Of a DNA stretch of 64,000 nucleotides, positions 47,602-57,560 are shown piece after piece; the stretch's first letter is position 1; the number at the start of each line of letters is the position of its first letter. The position numbers were made by a program, and so were the translations under genes. The DNA comes from a virus. Location: the IMG/VR virus record IMGVR_UViG_3300010396_000006, positions 32,001 to 96,000 of that record; one strand, 5' to 3'. The notes beneath the pieces were generated by a model. It had not been told where the DNA came from and made no database searches. It saw only the letters and a program-made list of their open reading frames with translations.

Positions 47602-49026
47602 ATGAGCAGTCTTGCACCAAACCTTATCGACTCGCTGAATGCATTTGATGAGTACCGAGGTGCAGGACGGTTCTACAGACTGAAGTCCAGCGACGGTCAA
47701 GATGCTCTCGCCCTAGACAGAGTTCTTACGAGATCTTCGATTGACCCGACCCGGATGTATGTTCAAGCCGTTGTTAGCAACACAAATCCCGACGATGTCG
47801 GCGATATCCTGCAACCAAGAGGGTTTGATCTCAGTCGCTACGAATTGAATCCAGTTTGGCTTTGGGAACACGGATTAGATCCGGCCATCCCGTTGCCAAT
47901 CGCCAGCGCGGAAGGGCCTGACGGTCGACTTGATTTGCAGATCAGCGAAACGGAAGTCACAGCCGGTTCCTACTTCTCGCAAAGCTACCCTGCCGCAGTC
48001 CAGATTTTTCAACTGATCGATGAAGGAATTATCCGGTCCGTCAGCGTTAGGGAAAAGCCTCTCGTCACTCCTCGACAAGTTTTGAAGTCAGGTCAGTGGG
48101 TCAACATCGTTGATCGGTGTTTACTCGAAGAGATCAGTTGGTGCCGTATGGGCGTCAACATGACGGCTGTTCGCAAATGCCTTGATCGAAACAGACTCGA
48201 CGGTCGGCCAATTCTCGAACCAATTTTCAAATCCTTGTCCGCTTGTGTGCCGCGTCAATCGAAACCCGGAATCGGATGGAAGTCAAAAATGCGAATGCCA
48301 AACGACATGGATGACGACGGCGAAACAAAAGATGTGACCGCAGCGGAGCAAGCCAAATTGTCAGCCAAAAAATCAGCCGACGCGGATGGCAAGGAAAAAG
48401 ACGCCGAAACGAAGCCTGCTGATGAAGTCGCGACGGGCGATGCAGACGGACCAACGCCGGAACCTGAAAGCATGGACCCAAGCCAGCGCCCACTCGGCAG
48501 CCAGATCCTGAAGTCGATGCATCAAGGCATCAAGGACGTTTGTAAAGCGGCGGAATCCTGCACCGGACCCATGCTCGAACATGAAGGCGTCAAGAAAGAC
48601 GCGACCGACATGTGCGGCGAATTGCGGTCTCATCTGAAATCGCTCGAAGGTTCGCACGCCAAACACTATCCGAAAATGAAATCCGACCTGAAGTCGGACG
48701 ACATGGATGATGAAGGCGGTGACGATGAAGGCGGCGATGACTCCGCGATGAAGTCGTTCTTGGCTCTGTCGGTCTCGCATCAACGATCCGTGGGCGGCGT
48801 CACATATCGCCTCAAATCACTGCTGTCCGAGGCCAACATCACTCCAGACCAAAAGCGAATCATCAACAGCGATGTCAAGTTCCTTGAACGTCTGGAATCA
48901 GAATCAGAATCGCTGCACAAATCACAATTGAAATCCAAGTCCGCCAATTCGGAACCTGAATTGACTGCCGAGCAGTTGAAGGAAGCCGAAGAACTGATGG
49001 CGAAACTCAGTCCCGCAAAATCTTAA
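47602..49026 (+). CDS. HK97-type prohead protease with long C-terminal scaffold-like region
   Basis: D.VGDIL.P.G..NPVWLWEH..GIIRSVSV..LEEISW. Confidence 0.88.
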   Translation: MSSLAPNLIDSLNAFDEYRGAGRFYRLKSSDGQDALALDRVLTRSSIDPTRMYVQAVVSNTNPDDVGDILQPRGFDLSRYELNPVWLWEHGLDPAIPLPIASAEGPDGRLDLQISETEVTAGSYFSQSYPAAVQIFQLIDEGIIRSVSVREKPLVTPRQVLKSGQWVNIVDRCLLEEISWCRMGVNMTAVRKCLDRNRLDGRPILEPIFKSLSACVPRQSKPGIGWKSKMRMPNDMDDDGETKDVTAAEQAKLSAKKSADADGKEKDAETKPADEVATGDADGPTPEPESMDPSQRPLGSQILKSMHQGIKDVCKAAESCTGPMLEHEGVKKDATDMCGELRSHLKSLEGSHAKHYPKMKSDLKSDDMDDEGGDDEGGDDSAMKSFLALSVSHQRSVGGVTYRLKSLLSEANITPDQKRIINSDVKFLERLESESESLHKSQLKSKSANSEPELTAEQLKEAEELMAKLSPAKS

Positions 49027-49108
49027 GTCGAGCGTTTTGTTTTTGATTGTGGCCGAATGGCCAGGATGGTTTCAGTAAGCCCACGATCCCCAGGAAGGTT
49101 GATTCAAC

Positions 49109-50482
49109 ATGCCCGCTCCCACATCTGCCGAACTTCTCGAAATGAGCAAAACCGCAATTCAGCGAGCTGAAAAGGCTGAATCGGCGTTGAAGTCGTTGCA
49201 AGACAAAGTCGAAGCGACTCCGTCCATTCATGCCCACGGTTCGCGCGACAATGGCGCTGAAGGCTGGTGGGAAGAAGCCGGTGCGGATTCACCGGAACTG
49301 ACGATGCTTTCCGGCTATCAAGGCCGTGTTCCGCAGGCGAGTCCGTCTCGTGGTTCCATGAAAAAGTCGATGTCGATTCTGAAATCGATCGGCTATCGCC
49401 CGGCCGGCCGTCAGGTCAGCACATTCAAATCGATCTCCGACTGGATTCGCCAGGGGATGCAAAAGGACGGCGAAGGGACCGCCAAGTTCCGCGACAACAT
49501 GTATGCCCACATGAAGGAATACGATTCCCAAATGAAGGCATTGGGAATGTCGGAAGGCATCGCGTCTGACGGCGGATTCGGTGTGATTCCCGAATTCAAC
49601 CTGAAGATTCACGAGCATCTTTACAGCAACAACATCCTTTCCCGCACGGACGGCTATACCGTCACCGGGAACAACATGGCGTTTCTGGCGAATGCCGAAA
49701 CCAGCCGCGTCACCGGCAGTCGAGCCGGGGGTATCCAAGGCAATTGGGTGGGTGAAGGTGGAACTTATTTGCCATCCAAGCCAACCGTCCGTCAGATCAA
49801 TCTGCGTTTGCAGAAACTGCAAGTGCTGGTCTATCTGACCGACGAATTGATCAATGACAATTCCATCGCGCTCGAACAATACGTGATGCGGAAGGCGTCC
49901 GAGGAATTCGCTTGGCTGATTGCTGATGCCATCTTCAACGGCAATAACGTCGGCAAACCGCTGGGAATCCAGAATGCCCTGTCGCTGCTGGCAATCGCCA
50001 AGGAAAGCGGTCAGGCCGATACGACCATCGTCGCTCAGAACATCATCAAGATGCAGAATCGGCTGTTCGCACCATACATGCAGAATGCATCGTGGTTCGT
50101 GAACCAAGACACGATTCAGCAGTTGATGCAACTCACCTTGGCAACCGGAACCTATTCCGGCCAACTGGTCTACCAACCGCCAACCGGGCTGGCTGGTCTG
50201 CCATACGGTACGCTCGGCGGTCGACCCGTCGAACCGATCGAATTCGCCAAAACGCTGGGGACTCAAGGCGATATCACGCTGGCCGATCTCAGCCAAGTGT
50301 TGTCGATCAGCAAAGGCGGAATCGAACAGGCCACGTCAATGCACGTCGCGTTCTTGACCGACGAAATGGCGTTGCGGTTCACGATGCGTATGAACGCGAT
50401 GCCGTGGGAAAACAGCCCGATCACCCCAGCCAACGGAACGAACACCCAATCGTCATTCGTCACCTTGGCTAGCCGTCCATAG
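49109..50482 (+). CDS. Major capsid protein (HK97 fold) with ~143-aa delta domain
   Basis: DGGFGVIPE, WVGEG, TDELI.D, I.NG..VGKPLGI, TL.GRPV, DEMALRF..R. Confidence 0.95.
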   Translation: MPAPTSAELLEMSKTAIQRAEKAESALKSLQDKVEATPSIHAHGSRDNGAEGWWEEAGADSPELTMLSGYQGRVPQASPSRGSMKKSMSILKSIGYRPAGRQVSTFKSISDWIRQGMQKDGEGTAKFRDNMYAHMKEYDSQMKALGMSEGIASDGGFGVIPEFNLKIHEHLYSNNILSRTDGYTVTGNNMAFLANAETSRVTGSRAGGIQGNWVGEGGTYLPSKPTVRQINLRLQKLQVLVYLTDELINDNSIALEQYVMRKASEEFAWLIADAIFNGNNVGKPLGIQNALSLLAIAKESGQADTTIVAQNIIKMQNRLFAPYMQNASWFVNQDTIQQLMQLTLATGTYSGQLVYQPPTGLAGLPYGTLGGRPVEPIEFAKTLGTQGDITLADLSQVLSISKGGIEQATSMHVAFLTDEMALRFTMRMNAMPWENSPITPANGTNTQSSFVTLASRP

Positions 50483-50545
50483 TTCTTTTGGTTGTGGAAG
50501 AATCTCAGTCTCAGTCGGCGGTTTAACCGCAACGGAAAGAAAACC

Positions 50546-51055
50546 ATGATTGCAGCCCAGAACGCCGAATTCCTCGAATACAACGATATCGTTCCGGCAT
50601 TCGTGCCGATCGATATGGAAACGGGGGCGAACAACGGCCAGTGGATCAATATGAAGTTCATCGAGCGTCTGGTCTGCGTCCTGTTCAAGGCGGCTGGCAC
50701 GGCGAGCGACGATCCGGTCTTCACGCTGAAGCAGGCCCTGACGAGTTCGGGCGGAACTCCCAAGGCGCTGAACTTCACGCGAATCCGACAAAAGATTGGT
50801 GCGATCGCATCGACCAATCAATGGACGATCATCACCCAGGCCGCTGCCGGGACGTATACGCCAACGTCCGCGGCGAGTCAGGCAGTGATTGCCGTTGAAG
50901 TCGGTGCACACATGCTGGACGTCAACAACAATTACAACTACGTGCAAATGTCGATTCCTGACACGGGTTCGGCAGGCGCTCAATTGGGTTGCGGTTTCTA
51001 TATCGCTGCCGGCCTCAAGTACGCTCAGTCAATCTGTCCGAACCTGCTGGCTTAA
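50546..51055 (+). CDS. Putative head decoration protein
   Basis: Immediately follows MCP; beta-rich. Confidence 0.55.
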   Translation: MIAAQNAEFLEYNDIVPAFVPIDMETGANNGQWINMKFIERLVCVLFKAAGTASDDPVFTLKQALTSSGGTPKALNFTRIRQKIGAIASTNQWTIITQAAAGTYTPTSAASQAVIAVEVGAHMLDVNNNYNYVQMSIPDTGSAGAQLGCGFYIAAGLKYAQSICPNLLA

Positions 51056-51080
51056 TCGTCAGTTGGCTAGTTGAAAATAC

Positions 51081-51113
51081 GCGGGCTGATTGGTTTCAGC
51101 CCGCTTCTCTCTT
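51081..51113 (+). terminator. Intrinsic terminator
   Basis: GCGGGCTGA/TCAGCCCGC stem followed by pyrimidine run. Confidence 0.55.
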
Positions 51114-51137
51114 GCTCGAATTTGCGAAGGTTCCATT

Positions 51138-52293
51138 ATGGCCGAGAACGAAACCGCAGTTGTCGACAGCGATGAATCACCAAGGGGTAAAGGCAAGAAG
51201 CCGTCCAAGGGCAAGACCATTAGTCACGCTCGCGACATCTTCACGGCCACCATCGCTCATCACGGCGGCACGACGAGTCCCGAAGGCTTGGCGATGCAAT
51301 GCTTCGTCTACGCGGCGGCGTTCGAGAAGGCGGAAGGGCAGTTTCAAAACGACACGCTGATTCTGCCACCAAAAATCGACGTCTTCGACATTGCCCATGC
51401 GCCCAATCTGCCGGAAACCCATCCGACCAATATGGTGTCCCAAAAATACGGCAAGATCGAAGACATCTTGGAAACGATGGACGATCTGTCGAAGCTGGAT
51501 CGGACCGACTGGGGCAAGGCGTCATCGGACACCGTTCTGTATCCGAAGCGGAAATGGACGCGGCCGATGATCAACCAAGCCGAACAATTGTTTCCCGGCG
51601 TGTTGACGCGGGCCGAACGATTGAAAAAGGCTCAACAGGAAGTCGACGAACAAGCCGCGGAAACCAAAGCCGCGGCCTCGAACTGATCGGTTGATTCCGG
51701 TCTGATGGCGTTGAATTGACCAAGAGGAAATCCTGCAAAGCGAGTTGATCATGGTTGAAGTGAAATCCGAGGCCGATGCGGTTGTCGTTCCGCCTCCAAA
51801 GTCACTCGGTCAAATCGCCTATGAGGCATGGTGTGCCGTTCACGACGGCGCTCAGATGAGTCAGTTCGGGCATCCCGCTTGGTCGGTCACAGACGACAAT
51901 GGGATTGTGAGAAACAACCCCGCGTTGCCGTCAATTGTGCGTTTGTCATGGGAAGCCGCTGCGATCGCTGTGCAGGATGCGGAAAAGCCGACAACGACTC
52001 TTCAAGACGTCTCGCCTCATCAAGCGGTTGTGTCCGTCAGCGAAGACCTGAAGGCCAAAGCGGACGCCTTGAAAGTGGCGATGAAAGCCACAATCGAAGT
52101 TCCGGAAGTCCCCGTGACGATCGAGCCATCTAAGCCGGCAGATCATCAGGCCGTTGTTACGGCGAGCGAAGATCTGAAGTCCAGCGCCGACGCAATGAAG
52201 GCCGCGGCTGAATCGGCTCCGTCCGAAACGCCGCCGGCTGAAAAACCCGCGGTGTCCGCTCCGTCCCGTCCGGGTGCGTCAACGCTCAATTGA
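51138..52293 (+). other. Two hypothetical genes (51138-51686, 51745-52293)
   Basis: ORFs; the second has an internal HQAVV..SEDLK repeat. Confidence 0.6.
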
Positions 52294-52311
52294 GGGAGGA
52301 TCTGAACTCCT

Positions 52312-52965
52312 ATGAGCTTGACGACCGTTGACTACGTGAAGGGTCTGGCTGGTCCGACTCTGAACGCGACTGACACGCAACTTGAATCGTTGATCGCCGG
52401 CACGTCGGCGCACATCGAACAGGTATTGCACCGCACGATCTGGAAAAAGACCTACACCGAATATCTGACGGGTGACAATAGTTCGGTTCTGCAACTTTCG
52501 AACTGGCCAGTCATTTCCGTATCCCGCGTCAATTTTGATGACGATGGGAACTTCGGACAAACGGCAGGATCATTCGATCCGTCGAAAGATCTGGTTGCCG
52601 GATCAGACTATTGCATCCTGGCCGGCGAAAGGGGCATTGGCTCGACTGGCCAATTGAAGCGAATCAACTTCGTCTGGCAGAACAACCATGTCTGGTCGCC
52701 GGGAAAAGTGGCGATGCAACCGAGTCCGCCTCGGGGCAACATTCTGGTGATTTATACGGCAGGATTTGCGCCAGTTCCGATGGATATTCAGTATGCCGCG
52801 GCAATGGCCATCATTCGAGCAGTGGCCGGGATTCCAACAGGCGGGGCATTCCAATCGGCATCGTATGAGGATGGCTCGGTCTCAATGATCAATCCAAACG
52901 ATTTGACTTCGCTGATCGGTTCAGTGGAACGAATTATTGCTGGTCGAAAAGTTCCCGTAGTGTGA
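52312..52965 (+). CDS. Head-tail adaptor (HK97 gp6 / SPP1 gp15-like)
   Basis: LTTVDYVK..D.QLESLI...IE..L.R..PV.SV..YTAGF..VP.DI. Confidence 0.85.
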   Translation: MSLTTVDYVKGLAGPTLNATDTQLESLIAGTSAHIEQVLHRTIWKKTYTEYLTGDNSSVLQLSNWPVISVSRVNFDDDGNFGQTAGSFDPSKDLVAGSDYCILAGERGIGSTGQLKRINFVWQNNHVWSPGKVAMQPSPPRGNILVIYTAGFAPVPMDIQYAAAMAIIRAVAGIPTGGAFQSASYEDGSVSMINPNDLTSLIGSVERIIAGRKVPVV

Positions 52966-52975
52966 ATGGTGAAAC

Positions 52976-53338
52976 TTGTTCACAAGAGCGATGGCAACGG
53001 CGATTCGAGGTCTGGTGATCCCAGAACGGGGACCCGCCACGATCACGATGAACCCGAACAATTCGTCAATCACAGTCACGGTAACAGTTGAGGGTTGCTG
53101 GATTAAACCGATCAAGAGCGGATTGCAACGTTATGGTCAAATGAATGTCCAGGCCGATCAGACATTGGTCAAAGTTCCGGCGGAAGGATTGAACCCAACG
53201 GGTGCGACAAACTATCAGATTCGAACCGGCGATCTCATTGTCTTCAACGGACAAACCTACAACGTGACCGCGGCGGGGACGACAGTCAAAACGGTTCTGA
53301 CTGTTTGGGAATGCGTCTGCAAATTGGTGATCCAATAA
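52976..53338 (+). CDS. Head closure (stopper) protein
   Basis: Position and size; GD.IV..G.TY.V. Confidence 0.6.
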   Translation: MFTRAMATAIRGLVIPERGPATITMNPNNSSITVTVTVEGCWIKPIKSGLQRYGQMNVQADQTLVKVPAEGLNPTGATNYQIRTGDLIVFNGQTYNVTAAGTTVKTVLTVWECVCKLVIQ

Positions 53339-53787
53339 TGTTCAAATCAATCGCATTACCAATGGTCCGAGGGGGCCGCATCAAGTGCATGACCCCCGAC
53401 GAAATCAAAAGTTTCGCGGAAGTGTCGCAATCGATTCAGGACAAAGAAGGTGTCTCGAAAAAAGAAGCGGATGCGATGGCCGCGGCGGCTGGTCGGCGAG
53501 ATCTCGGTCAAGCGGAAATGACCCGCCGAAGCGAGGAAGGCCGCAAGGAAAGCGAATCCAAATCGGCTGTCACAACGCAAGAACTCGAAGATACCGGCGG
53601 ATTGGTTGTCGGTTCCGAATTGGACATGGCCATTCAAGATCTGTCCGACGTGATGTCCGGTCTGTCGACTGTTGATATGGATGACGTGATGAAGTTCATC
53701 CAATCGGAGATTCCCAAGCGAGCGACGTTTAAGGCCAATTCTGTCAAAAAATCGGCTGACACCGATGTTCAAAATCTGGATGAGTAA
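53338..53787 (+). CDS. Lys-Ser-punctuated small protein
   Basis: TAATG overlap; four KS sites. Confidence 0.6.
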   Translation: MFKSIALPMVRGGRIKCMTPDEIKSFAEVSQSIQDKEGVSKKEADAMAAAAGRRDLGQAEMTRRSEEGRKESESKSAVTTQELEDTGGLVVGSELDMAIQDLSDVMSGLSTVDMDDVMKFIQSEIPKRATFKANSVKKSADTDVQNLDE

Positions 53788-53795
53788 ACCTGATC

Positions 53796-54287
53796 ATGGC
53801 CGGGATTTCCAATCATTTTGATACGATGACTTTCATCAAGTCCATCGTGGATGGTCTGGAATTGCCGGGCATCATGGGTTCGTTGATTCAGGAAATTCCT
53901 GAATACCAAGACGCACAAATCGCACCGCTGACGTTGCCGTTTATCTCGATTGCGCCGTGGGGAACTGAGGATCTGAATTCCGATCCGAAAACGCCAGTTG
54001 ATAAGGATTCCGTTTTCTATCCGACAACCGTGATCATCTTCGGAAAAGTCGTGACAGGTGACGGATTCCTAGCAGCATTCGAACAACGGCTTGGTTGGCG
54101 ACAATGCATCCGTCGCAACCTGAATAACCGTCGCATTCCGGGATTGACGCAAAACTGGAATCTGGTCGTCAAACCGGGCAATATCGTCGCTCCTGGGATT
54201 CGTTACGACAGGGTAGCATTCATGTCATCCATGATCGTTCAAGCGAAGTTCCAAGAACCGAGGGAGACGCCGTGGGGAACTCCTTAG
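53796..54287 (+). CDS. Putative tail terminator
   Basis: Position; LPFISI motif. Confidence 0.55.
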   Translation: MAGISNHFDTMTFIKSIVDGLELPGIMGSLIQEIPEYQDAQIAPLTLPFISIAPWGTEDLNSDPKTPVDKDSVFYPTTVIIFGKVVTGDGFLAAFEQRLGWRQCIRRNLNNRRIPGLTQNWNLVVKPGNIVAPGIRYDRVAFMSSMIVQAKFQEPRETPWGTP

Positions 54288-54796
54288 ACGATCTGGAATC
54301 AATGGTTGGCAGGGTCCAGACGGCTTTAGAACAGGCTGATTATTCCAGCGAGATGAAAGGGACCGCCGACTATTTGCGAGTGATTCATGCTGAATACTTC
54401 GCCGACGAAACGGGACCGAGCGGTGAAAAATGGACGCCGTGGTATTTTAAGCGTCCGGGAGCATCGGCGGATCACAAGACTCTGGACGATACGGGCCGGT
54501 TGAAAGAGTCTGTGATTGGAACCAGTAGCGAACACATTGAAGACATTTCGGCAAAATCATTGATCTGGGGAACATCGGTCCCTTACGCATGGCAGCATGA
54601 GATTGGCGGCAAGTTCACTGTTGAGGAATTCCTGATCGGCAAAAGAGGGCAAACGAAGCATCCTGGCGACACTATCAATTTGCCAAAACGTGAGTTTATT
54701 GGTATTAATACGGATCATGTGGATGCGATTGTTGGCACAATAGCTGACGCGGCGCAGGCAGTCGTTTTAGATGCGATTGATGGGAAGGGACTCTGA
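54272..54796 (+). CDS. Virion morphogenesis (Mu gpG-like) protein
   Basis: F..E.GP.G.KW..L.DTGRLK.S..GT.V.YA..HE.GG..LPKR.FIG. Confidence 0.85.
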   Translation: MGNSLDDLESMVGRVQTALEQADYSSEMKGTADYLRVIHAEYFADETGPSGEKWTPWYFKRPGASADHKTLDDTGRLKESVIGTSSEHIEDISAKSLIWGTSVPYAWQHEIGGKFTVEEFLIGKRGQTKHPGDTINLPKREFIGINTDHVDAIVGTIADAAQAVVLDAIDGKGL

Positions 54797-54798
54797 TC

Positions 54799-55428
54799 AT
54801 GCATATCGACGCCTGCCATGTTGTGGCCAAGTGGAATCCAGATGGCGTCGAGGGGTTTACGCTCATGGCAACCCGCTGGGTTGGCCATTCTGATCCCGTC
54901 GAACAGGCTGCCGAAGGAACGCCATCGGTCACAAAGGGGCCGTTCTATTCACATCAGGAAGCGATTGACTACGCGAAGTCGTGGAAGGACGCCGAGAAGC
55001 CGCCGCCGATTCCGCCTCACCAGCCACTGGAAATCAACGGTTGTTCTGTGACCGCAGAAGTCTGCGAAACCGCTCCCGATGGCTATCAGTCGAGCGTCAG
55101 CCGCGAAATCACCGAGACAGGCGAAGTTCCAGCCGGATCACCCGAGGGGACGCCATCGCCGGTGACAATAAGGAAGATCACGCAAGGGCCATTTGATTCG
55201 GCAGAGGCTGCGGTTGCCTATGCTCATTCATGGGAAGATCCGGAGCATCCACCTGCGATGCCGGTGAAGTCATCGAGTGAACCGCCAAAACAAGAATCCA
55301 AGCCTGATGGCGATACGAAACCGATCAAGCCGCCGCATACCGAATCAGACGATGGGAAGTCGGCCGATCAACCGGATACCGGTGAGCAGGCCGAAGTCAC
55401 GACAACGGGCGAAAAAGCCGCTCAGTAA
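54799..55428 (+). CDS. Hypothetical protein with a duplicated GPF.S...A..YA.SW.D module
   Basis: Internal repeat. Confidence 0.6.
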   Translation: MHIDACHVVAKWNPDGVEGFTLMATRWVGHSDPVEQAAEGTPSVTKGPFYSHQEAIDYAKSWKDAEKPPPIPPHQPLEINGCSVTAEVCETAPDGYQSSVSREITETGEVPAGSPEGTPSPVTIRKITQGPFDSAEAAVAYAHSWEDPEHPPAMPVKSSSEPPKQESKPDGDTKPIKPPHTESDDGKSADQPDTGEQAEVTTTGEKAAQ

Positions 55429-55496
55429 TTGATTGGCAACAAAACGGATTTTGAATCGCCGCACAGATGATGCGGCATTGTTAGGGAGTCTCGGCC

Positions 55497-56354
55497 ATGA
55501 CCGAATCAATGGGCTATGCATGTGGCGTGAGCGTCGGATCGAATCCGATCGCGTTCCTGTCTCACAGCATCAAAGAAACTCGTCCCGTCATCAATGATGA
55601 AAGTCTACGCGGAACTCGCACGCGACCCAGTGAACGACTCCGGCAGGGAAATATCTCGGTTGCCGGCGCACTGAAGTTGCAACCGACTCCCGTTGAACTG
55701 GGAGAGATTCTGAAGTTCCTGTTGAACTCAGCATCGGCATTGACGCTGACAGATGCAATGCAGGACGTGACGGTCGTCACCAATACGCCAGCCGCAACAG
55801 CAACATTTCTCGGCCGATTCACGAAAGGCACGTTCAGTTGCGCTCCGGGTGAGAAGCTGGATCTGGATCTCGATTTCATTGGCAAGACCTGCACCATGAC
55901 AGGCGGAGCCGCCGCCAGTGCGACAGATCTGACGACGGCCGGTTATGTGATGTACGATCTCGGCAGTGGCGTCACGATTGACGGCGTGGCCTATGCAATC
56001 GATCGATTCGCGTTGTCAATCGACAACAAGATCAAACCGACTTACATGATGGGTCAGACTGCCACGGATCTGGAACCGACAGACCGAGTCATCATGTTGA
56101 GTATTGAAACGAAATACACGGCAACTGAAGCCGGCCTCTTGACGCTCAACCAGACGGGTCCGACCATCGGAGCGCCGATCACGGCTTCGCTCGCATTCAC
56201 CAACGGTTCGAATTCGATCACGTTCACGTTCGGAGCCTTGGCCGCAACCAGCGAGACGGTTATCGTTCCAGGCCGCGATCACCTACGTCAGCCGTTGAAC
56301 TATCAGGCTTATGGAATTTCGACCACAAAAGAAATGATCACAACCAACGCTTAA
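55497..56354 (+). CDS. Tail tube (major tail) protein
   Basis: Position before the chaperone and tape measure genes; beta-rich; F.LSIDN motif. Confidence 0.75.
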   Translation: MTESMGYACGVSVGSNPIAFLSHSIKETRPVINDESLRGTRTRPSERLRQGNISVAGALKLQPTPVELGEILKFLLNSASALTLTDAMQDVTVVTNTPAATATFLGRFTKGTFSCAPGEKLDLDLDFIGKTCTMTGGAAASATDLTTAGYVMYDLGSGVTIDGVAYAIDRFALSIDNKIKPTYMMGQTATDLEPTDRVIMLSIETKYTATEAGLLTLNQTGPTIGAPITASLAFTNGSNSITFTFGALAATSETVIVPGRDHLRQPLNYQAYGISTTKEMITTNA

Positions 56355-56412
56355 TCCCGGTCCCAACGGACAAGACGCCGCTGCGGACTCCTCAATGTGG
56401 ATTGAACCGACG

Positions 56413-56676
56413 CTATTTCGATTGGCGTCCATCGAAATCGTCATCGTCGACAATTTCGACACCGGATTCCGGCACATATGCCGTGACGGTCCCGTTACCC
56501 AGGGCATGCACCAAATCGCGGTAGCTGTCGGCCAAACGAACCAGATGCATGGCAAGAAGACGTTCGATCGGCGTTGATGACTCGCTGGCGACGATTTTAT
56601 TGAGTTCGACGCAAAAGTCTGGTGGTAAACCAGTTGCATCGGCTTCAAGATGAAACTTGTGGAATTTCATTCCCAT
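56413..56676 (-). CDS. Lone minus-strand hypothetical gene
   Basis: Fills the + strand gap; AAGGG RBS; protein-like composition. Confidence 0.5.
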   Translation of the reverse strand: MGMKFHKFHLEADATGLPPDFCVELNKIVASESSTPIERLLAMHLVRLADSYRDLVHALGNGTVTAYVPESGVEIVDDDDFDGRQSK

Positions 56677-56748
56677 AGATTGGCCCTTTTGTGTGAGTGG
56701 CAACATTCATTGTAGTGTTCGGAAAATCAAAAAGAAAGAAAAATTGAG

Positions 56749-57560
56749 ATGGCGACTTACATCGAAGACGGGTTTACGCGGAATGATGGATATTTGGCGG
56801 CAGCCCCAAAGGAGAAAAACGGCGAGATTCTCTATGACGCCGTTCGGTTCTCTTACCGTCCATGCACACGACTGGAACTGCTGAAACACGATGCCGCAAT
56901 GGCCGTGGCATTGGCGGACCAGTACACAAACACCGAGGCGAGAGAAAAGGCCGACAAGATTTCTTGTCAGTTGATTATCAGCAAGCTGGTTTCGTGGGAC
57001 ATCAAAAATAGCAAAGGCGTCGTCCCCATTACCGAGCATTCCCTGCATCGGATTAACGAACTGGTTTTCCAAGCGATCGACAGTATCATCCGCGGCCGAC
57101 AGGTCAGCGACCCGATTCCCGGTGAAGAGAAAAAGCCATCCGATGAGGCGCAGCTAAAAAACTCCGATACGGTCTCGAACTCCTGATTCTGAATCAGAAA
57201 GTCGCAGACCGAGATTGTGGTGTTTGTCAGAAATGGCAGTTTGACGAAAAGACGGGATTGCGGACAAAAAATCTCAAAGGCGATCCAGAACTCCGTCACT
57301 TTGGTTGCCCGCCGCCATGTCGAACGAGAATCGGTTGTGCGAAAGGAACTCCCGAAAATCCAAAATCATTGAGTGAGGAAAATCAGATTTGTTTCCAGCA
57401 CTTCAAGGAGTGCAAAGTAACCGGTCACTGGCCGGATGACGCGGTTGTCAGACGAAACGCGGCTGTGATTCAGGAAGTGATCGACGACTGCGAAAAATTC
57501 CAGTTGGTGTCATTCCGTAAACGGATGATTGAAATTGGTGAGGCTTTGATTCATGCCTGA
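56749..57560 (+). CDS. Tail assembly chaperone G / GT with programmed -1 frameshift
   Basis: A AAA AAC at 57156-57162; the -1 frame is open into ORF 57258-57560; lies just before the tape measure gene. Confidence 0.85.

Noticed and set aside
49064-49090. Fifth CAGTAAC-type hairpin before the capsid gene
   Set aside because: Loop reads CAGTAAG, the stem is weak, and there is no operator or promoter module
49289-50296. 335-aa minus-strand ORF and other long antisense ORFs
   Set aside because: Shadow frames of strongly biased + strand genes; no recognisable motifs
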